A stretch of 52,664 nucleotides of DNA, taken from contig NZ_MWQY01000025.1 of assembly GCF_002087085.1 (NCBI RefSeq), positions 1-52,664 on the forward strand. The letters are read 5' to 3'. The notes below the pieces were generated by a model. That model was not told the origin of the DNA. It saw only the letters and a program-made list of their open reading frames with translations, and made no database searches. Both the position numbers and the translations under genes were made by a program. Shown in pieces: positions 49,862 to 52,664 of the stretch (within the stretch, counting starts at the first letter, position 1; every line of letters starts with the position of its first letter).

Positions 49862-50220
49862 CCGAAACGATGAAAATATTCTTACTGACTATTTTAGTAA
49901 TAGACACGGAATAGTCAGTTTTATAACGACTTTATTTAGTGTGCGAGGAATAATTTTAATGCTGTTCAACAAGCACCGGCATAAAGGTGAAAAAGTTGCT
50001 AAAAACTTGTGATCATTGACAGGTAAGAGAAAGGAAGAAAATCTGGAGAAAGAACCGTCGGGGTAGGCGAAAAGAATACGTTTACTTCTGACGTTTCTTT
50101 CTTCCTTATTTCCGCGTATTCGCATACAACGCGATTGGCGCGGATAAAGAATGTGGATGCAAATAATGGTATGGAAGTTGAAAGTACATGAAGACAGAAC
50201 CCACCGCGTTGGAGATTGCC

Positions 50221-50357
50221 GGCAAGGGATTGGAGGGGCGCCGAAGGCGGACCCCGCAGGGACTGAAAGGTCCGAGGAGGCCGGAGCGATAGCGGAGCCC
50301 CGGAAAGCCCGGTCCTGCACCTACTTTTCAATGTTGAAAAGTAGGTGCAGGGATGCC
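50221..50357. repeat. GC-rich multi-hairpin REP-like element ending in a perfect 18-bp inverted repeat
   Basis: CGCC-GAA-GGCG, CCC-GCA-GGG, GGAC-TGAAAG-GTCC, enclosing GGGGC/GCCCC, and CCTGCACCTACTTTTCAA-TG-TTGAAAAGTAGGTGCAGG at 50314-50351. Confidence 0.6.
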
Positions 50358-50392
50358 GCCAGACAGAACCGCGCAAATCCGAAAAAAAATCC

Positions 50393-52664
50393 GTGCGAAT
50401 CCGCGGTATCGACCTAACCGGCAACCGTACCGCGGTCATCGACAAGAACGGCAACACTACGGTTTTCGAATACGACGCCCTGAACCGGCTTATCAAACAG
50501 ACCGATCCCCTGAACACAACAATCAGGTATGAGTATGAGCCCAGAGGCCTGGTGGGCAAGCGGACCGACCGGAACGGCGGAACCGTTCTGTTTACCTACA
50601 ACTCCCTCGGCACAATCGTAACCGCCACCGACCCTGCAGGCAAGACAATCGAAACCACCTACAATGAGACATCTCAGCCCTGTACCCGGAAAGACCGGAA
50701 CGGTAACACTACAACCTTCGAGTACGACCCCTTAAACCGTCTGATTATAACCCGCGACCCCTACGGCCACGAAACCAGGCGCAGCTACAATTACCTCGGC
50801 CTTGTCGCCGCCATAACCGACCCCCTGGGCAACACCCGAACTTTCGACCATGACCCTGCAGGCCGCCTGGTAAAAGTAACTGACCCCTTAGGTGGAACGA
50901 AACAGTATACGTACGACCCTGCCGGCAACCTTATTTCGTACCAGGATGAAATGGAGCGGGAAACCGGCTATACCTACGATCAACTCAATCGACTGAAAAG
51001 TACTACCAATGCCCTGGGAGAAAACTACAGCTACACCTACGACGAGAACGGCAACCTGAGGGCGGAAATCGACGGCGAAGCGAAAGCCCACAGCTATGAA
51101 TACGACAAACTGAACCGCATTATACAGGAGATAGACCGGCTCGGAAACACCCAGAGTTACACCTACGACGCGGAAGGGAACATCCTGAGTAAGAAAGATT
51201 TTAACGGTGATCAGTCAGAATACTTCTATGACAAACTGAACCGCAGAATCGAAACCCGTTTTGCGAACGGAGAGACCAAACGTTTTGAATATGACCCGGC
51301 AGGCAACCTTGTAGGCGCGGAAAACGGCGAAAAAGCCTTGAGCTTCGCCTATGATCCGGTAAATCGTCTGACAGAAGCAAGCGACGGCCTGCTGAACGAA
51401 ACAACCCGCTACGCCTACGACCCTGCCGGGAACCGCATCCGCGCCGAAAGGAAGAAGGCCAATCGCATAACAACCTACACCTATGGAAAAGCGAACGAGC
51501 TGCTCTCGGTTACCGACCCGGACGGCAAAACCACCGGCTACCGTTACGACGCCCTTGGACGCGAAACGTATAGAACGACCCCGAACGACGTGGTAACAGA
51601 AACAGTCTACGACCCTGCAGGAAGGATAAGCGCCATAAAGTCCTACGAAAAGAAGCGGGGACACAACACGGTCCTCTACTCCTTTGCTTACCTCTACAAC
51701 GAAGCGGGAGAGCAGACATTCCGGATAGACGAAAAGGGCGAGGTCATGAGCTTTGCCTACGACGAAGCGGGACGCATAGCCGAAGTGCGCTACCCCTTTG
51801 AAAGCGGGAAGCCCGAGACCGACTTTGAACAGCGGCTGAACTTCGGCCTCTATCCTGAGGAGAAAACGAGTACGTCCAGAGGAAACAAGCGGCATGGGGA
51901 TGGTGACGAAGGAATGAGCTTTGCGCTGCCGCAGGTAGACAATGACCACGAGCTTAAAGAACGGCTTAAGGAACGTTCCGTCCCCAGGATGGGGGTCTAC
52001 AAAAAGTACCGGGGATTATCGTCGCATGAACATCCCCGCTGGCATGTGACCCCGGGTGAGGGAGCGACGCCCTTCGCGACCAGACTGAACCTTGATCCTG
52101 AAACAAAGAACCAACTCCAGGACGCCTATCGGGAGATCAACCCTTACAGCCGCCGTTTCAACGACCATCAGTATCAATGGACCGAGACTTTCGGCTACGA
52201 TACACGAAACAATCTTTCTACAAGCGCCAACGGCTGGGGGAGGGTGGACTACAGCTACGATGAAGCCCACCGGCTAAAGCAGACAGGAAACAGAAACTAC
52301 CTGCATGACAAAAACGGCAACCTGATAAAAGAGTACCTGGGCGAAGAAGACGGCCCCCTAAGCGCTGACTATACTTATACGCCGGAAAACCGCATAGCCC
52401 AAATCGAAACACACTTCGAAGGCTTCCTGCCCGGACAACTGGAAGCCGACAGCGGAGTCCGCTACACCTACGACGCCCTGGGCCGGCGAAGCTCCCGGGC
52501 ATCCTACCTGAGCAAAAGCTATGGTTTCAGTAAACAACTGGAATGGAACAGGGAGAGTACGGAGACCTACTTATACGAAGCCCTGAGCTTTGACATCTTG
52601 GTGGAATATCGAGATACTGAGTATGAAGTGAACCGACGAAGCAGACACTTCTTCCCATCCTTCT
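50393..52664 (+). CDS. Orphan (5'-truncated) Rhs cassette, runs off the window end
   Basis: Hand translation is open from GTG 50393 (frame opens at 50345) to the window end. Homology to the main Rhs begins at 50411, equivalent to residue 982; no signal peptide or N-terminal domains. Confidence 0.88.
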   Translation, partial: MRIRGIDLTGNRTAVIDKNGNTTVFEYDALNRLIKQTDPLNTTIRYEYEPRGLVGKRTDRNGGTVLFTYNSLGTIVTATDPAGKTIETTYNETSQPCTRKDRNGNTTTFEYDPLNRLIITRDPYGHETRRSYNYLGLVAAITDPLGNTRTFDHDPAGRLVKVTDPLGGTKQYTYDPAGNLISYQDEMERETGYTYDQLNRLKSTTNALGENYSYTYDENGNLRAEIDGEAKAHSYEYDKLNRIIQEIDRLGNTQSYTYDAEGNILSKKDFNGDQSEYFYDKLNRRIETRFANGETKRFEYDPAGNLVGAENGEKALSFAYDPVNRLTEASDGLLNETTRYAYDPAGNRIRAERKKANRITTYTYGKANELLSVTDPDGKTTGYRYDALGRETYRTTPNDVVTETVYDPAGRISAIKSYEKKRGHNTVLYSFAYLYNEAGEQTFRIDEKGEVMSFAYDEAGRIAEVRYPFESGKPETDFEQRLNFGLYPEEKTSTSRGNKRHGDGDEGMSFALPQVDNDHELKERLKERSVPRMGVYKKYRGLSSHEHPRWHVTPGEGATPFATRLNLDPETKNQLQDAYREINPYSRRFNDHQYQWTETFGYDTRNNLSTSANGWGRVDYSYDEAHRLKQTGNRNYLHDKNGNLIKEYLGEEDGPLSADYTYTPENRIAQIETHFEGFLPGQLEADSGVRYTYDALGRRSSRASYLSKSYGFSKQLEWNRESTETYLYEALSFDILVEYRDTEYEVNRRSRHFFPSF
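50411..51042 (+). repeat. Copy 2 of the ~630-bp near-identical direct repeat (start of the orphan Rhs)
   Basis: Begins GACCTAACCGGCAACCG, as at 45658; strong divergence starts after about 51042. Confidence 0.9.

Noticed and set aside
49845..50220. Short ORFs after the immunity gene (a 55-aa plus-strand ORF and the 49889-50320 minus-strand ORF)
   Set aside because: No RBS or recognisable motif; more likely spacer or decayed sequence.
45658..51042. Duplicated Rhs segment as a diversity-generating retroelement TR/VR pair
   Set aside because: Mismatches are not adenine-specific (C/T, G/A and C/G changes occur), the repeat is much longer than a typical TR, and no reverse transcriptase is in the window.

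Overview
Bacterial chromosomal window of moderately high GC. Gene content (groEL without an adjacent groES, yajC-secD-secF, Rex plus sensory [FeFe]-hydrogenase genes) suggests an anaerobic free-living spirochaete; this is inference. Bases 1-29.5 kb are mostly housekeeping and metabolism: mnmA, biotin ligase, groEL, yajC-secD-secF, DUF482-type GNAT, thioesterase, rlmN, a PhoR-like kinase with the RimK/Zn-protease pair, a rex-hfs-like [FeFe]-hydrogenase operon with a visible Rex-type operator, an elongated NDK-like gene, an Omp85 barrel, a DUF2087 regulator, malic enzyme and SulP. The standout is 29.5-52.7 kb. A type II secretion gene cluster (gspD-E-F-G-I-J-K-L-M-like, an unknown gene and a TPR lipoprotein) is divergently transcribed from a tightly packed operon with an AT-rich 5' part: tatA-tatC-tatB, a radical SAM/SPASM enzyme, a partner retaining only a twitch-like Cys motif, a 2026-aa Rhs toxin, a WG-repeat immunity candidate, a structured palindromic element and an orphan Rhs cassette. 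The Rhs begins with a twin-arginine signal and an 8-Cys/Asp-rich ranthipeptide-like segment and ends in an acidic NlpC/P60-like domain. My best hypothesis is a Tat-to-T2SS-exported, radical-SAM-matured Rhs polymorphic toxin system, which I do not recognise as described. All calls come from motif reading, not database searches.
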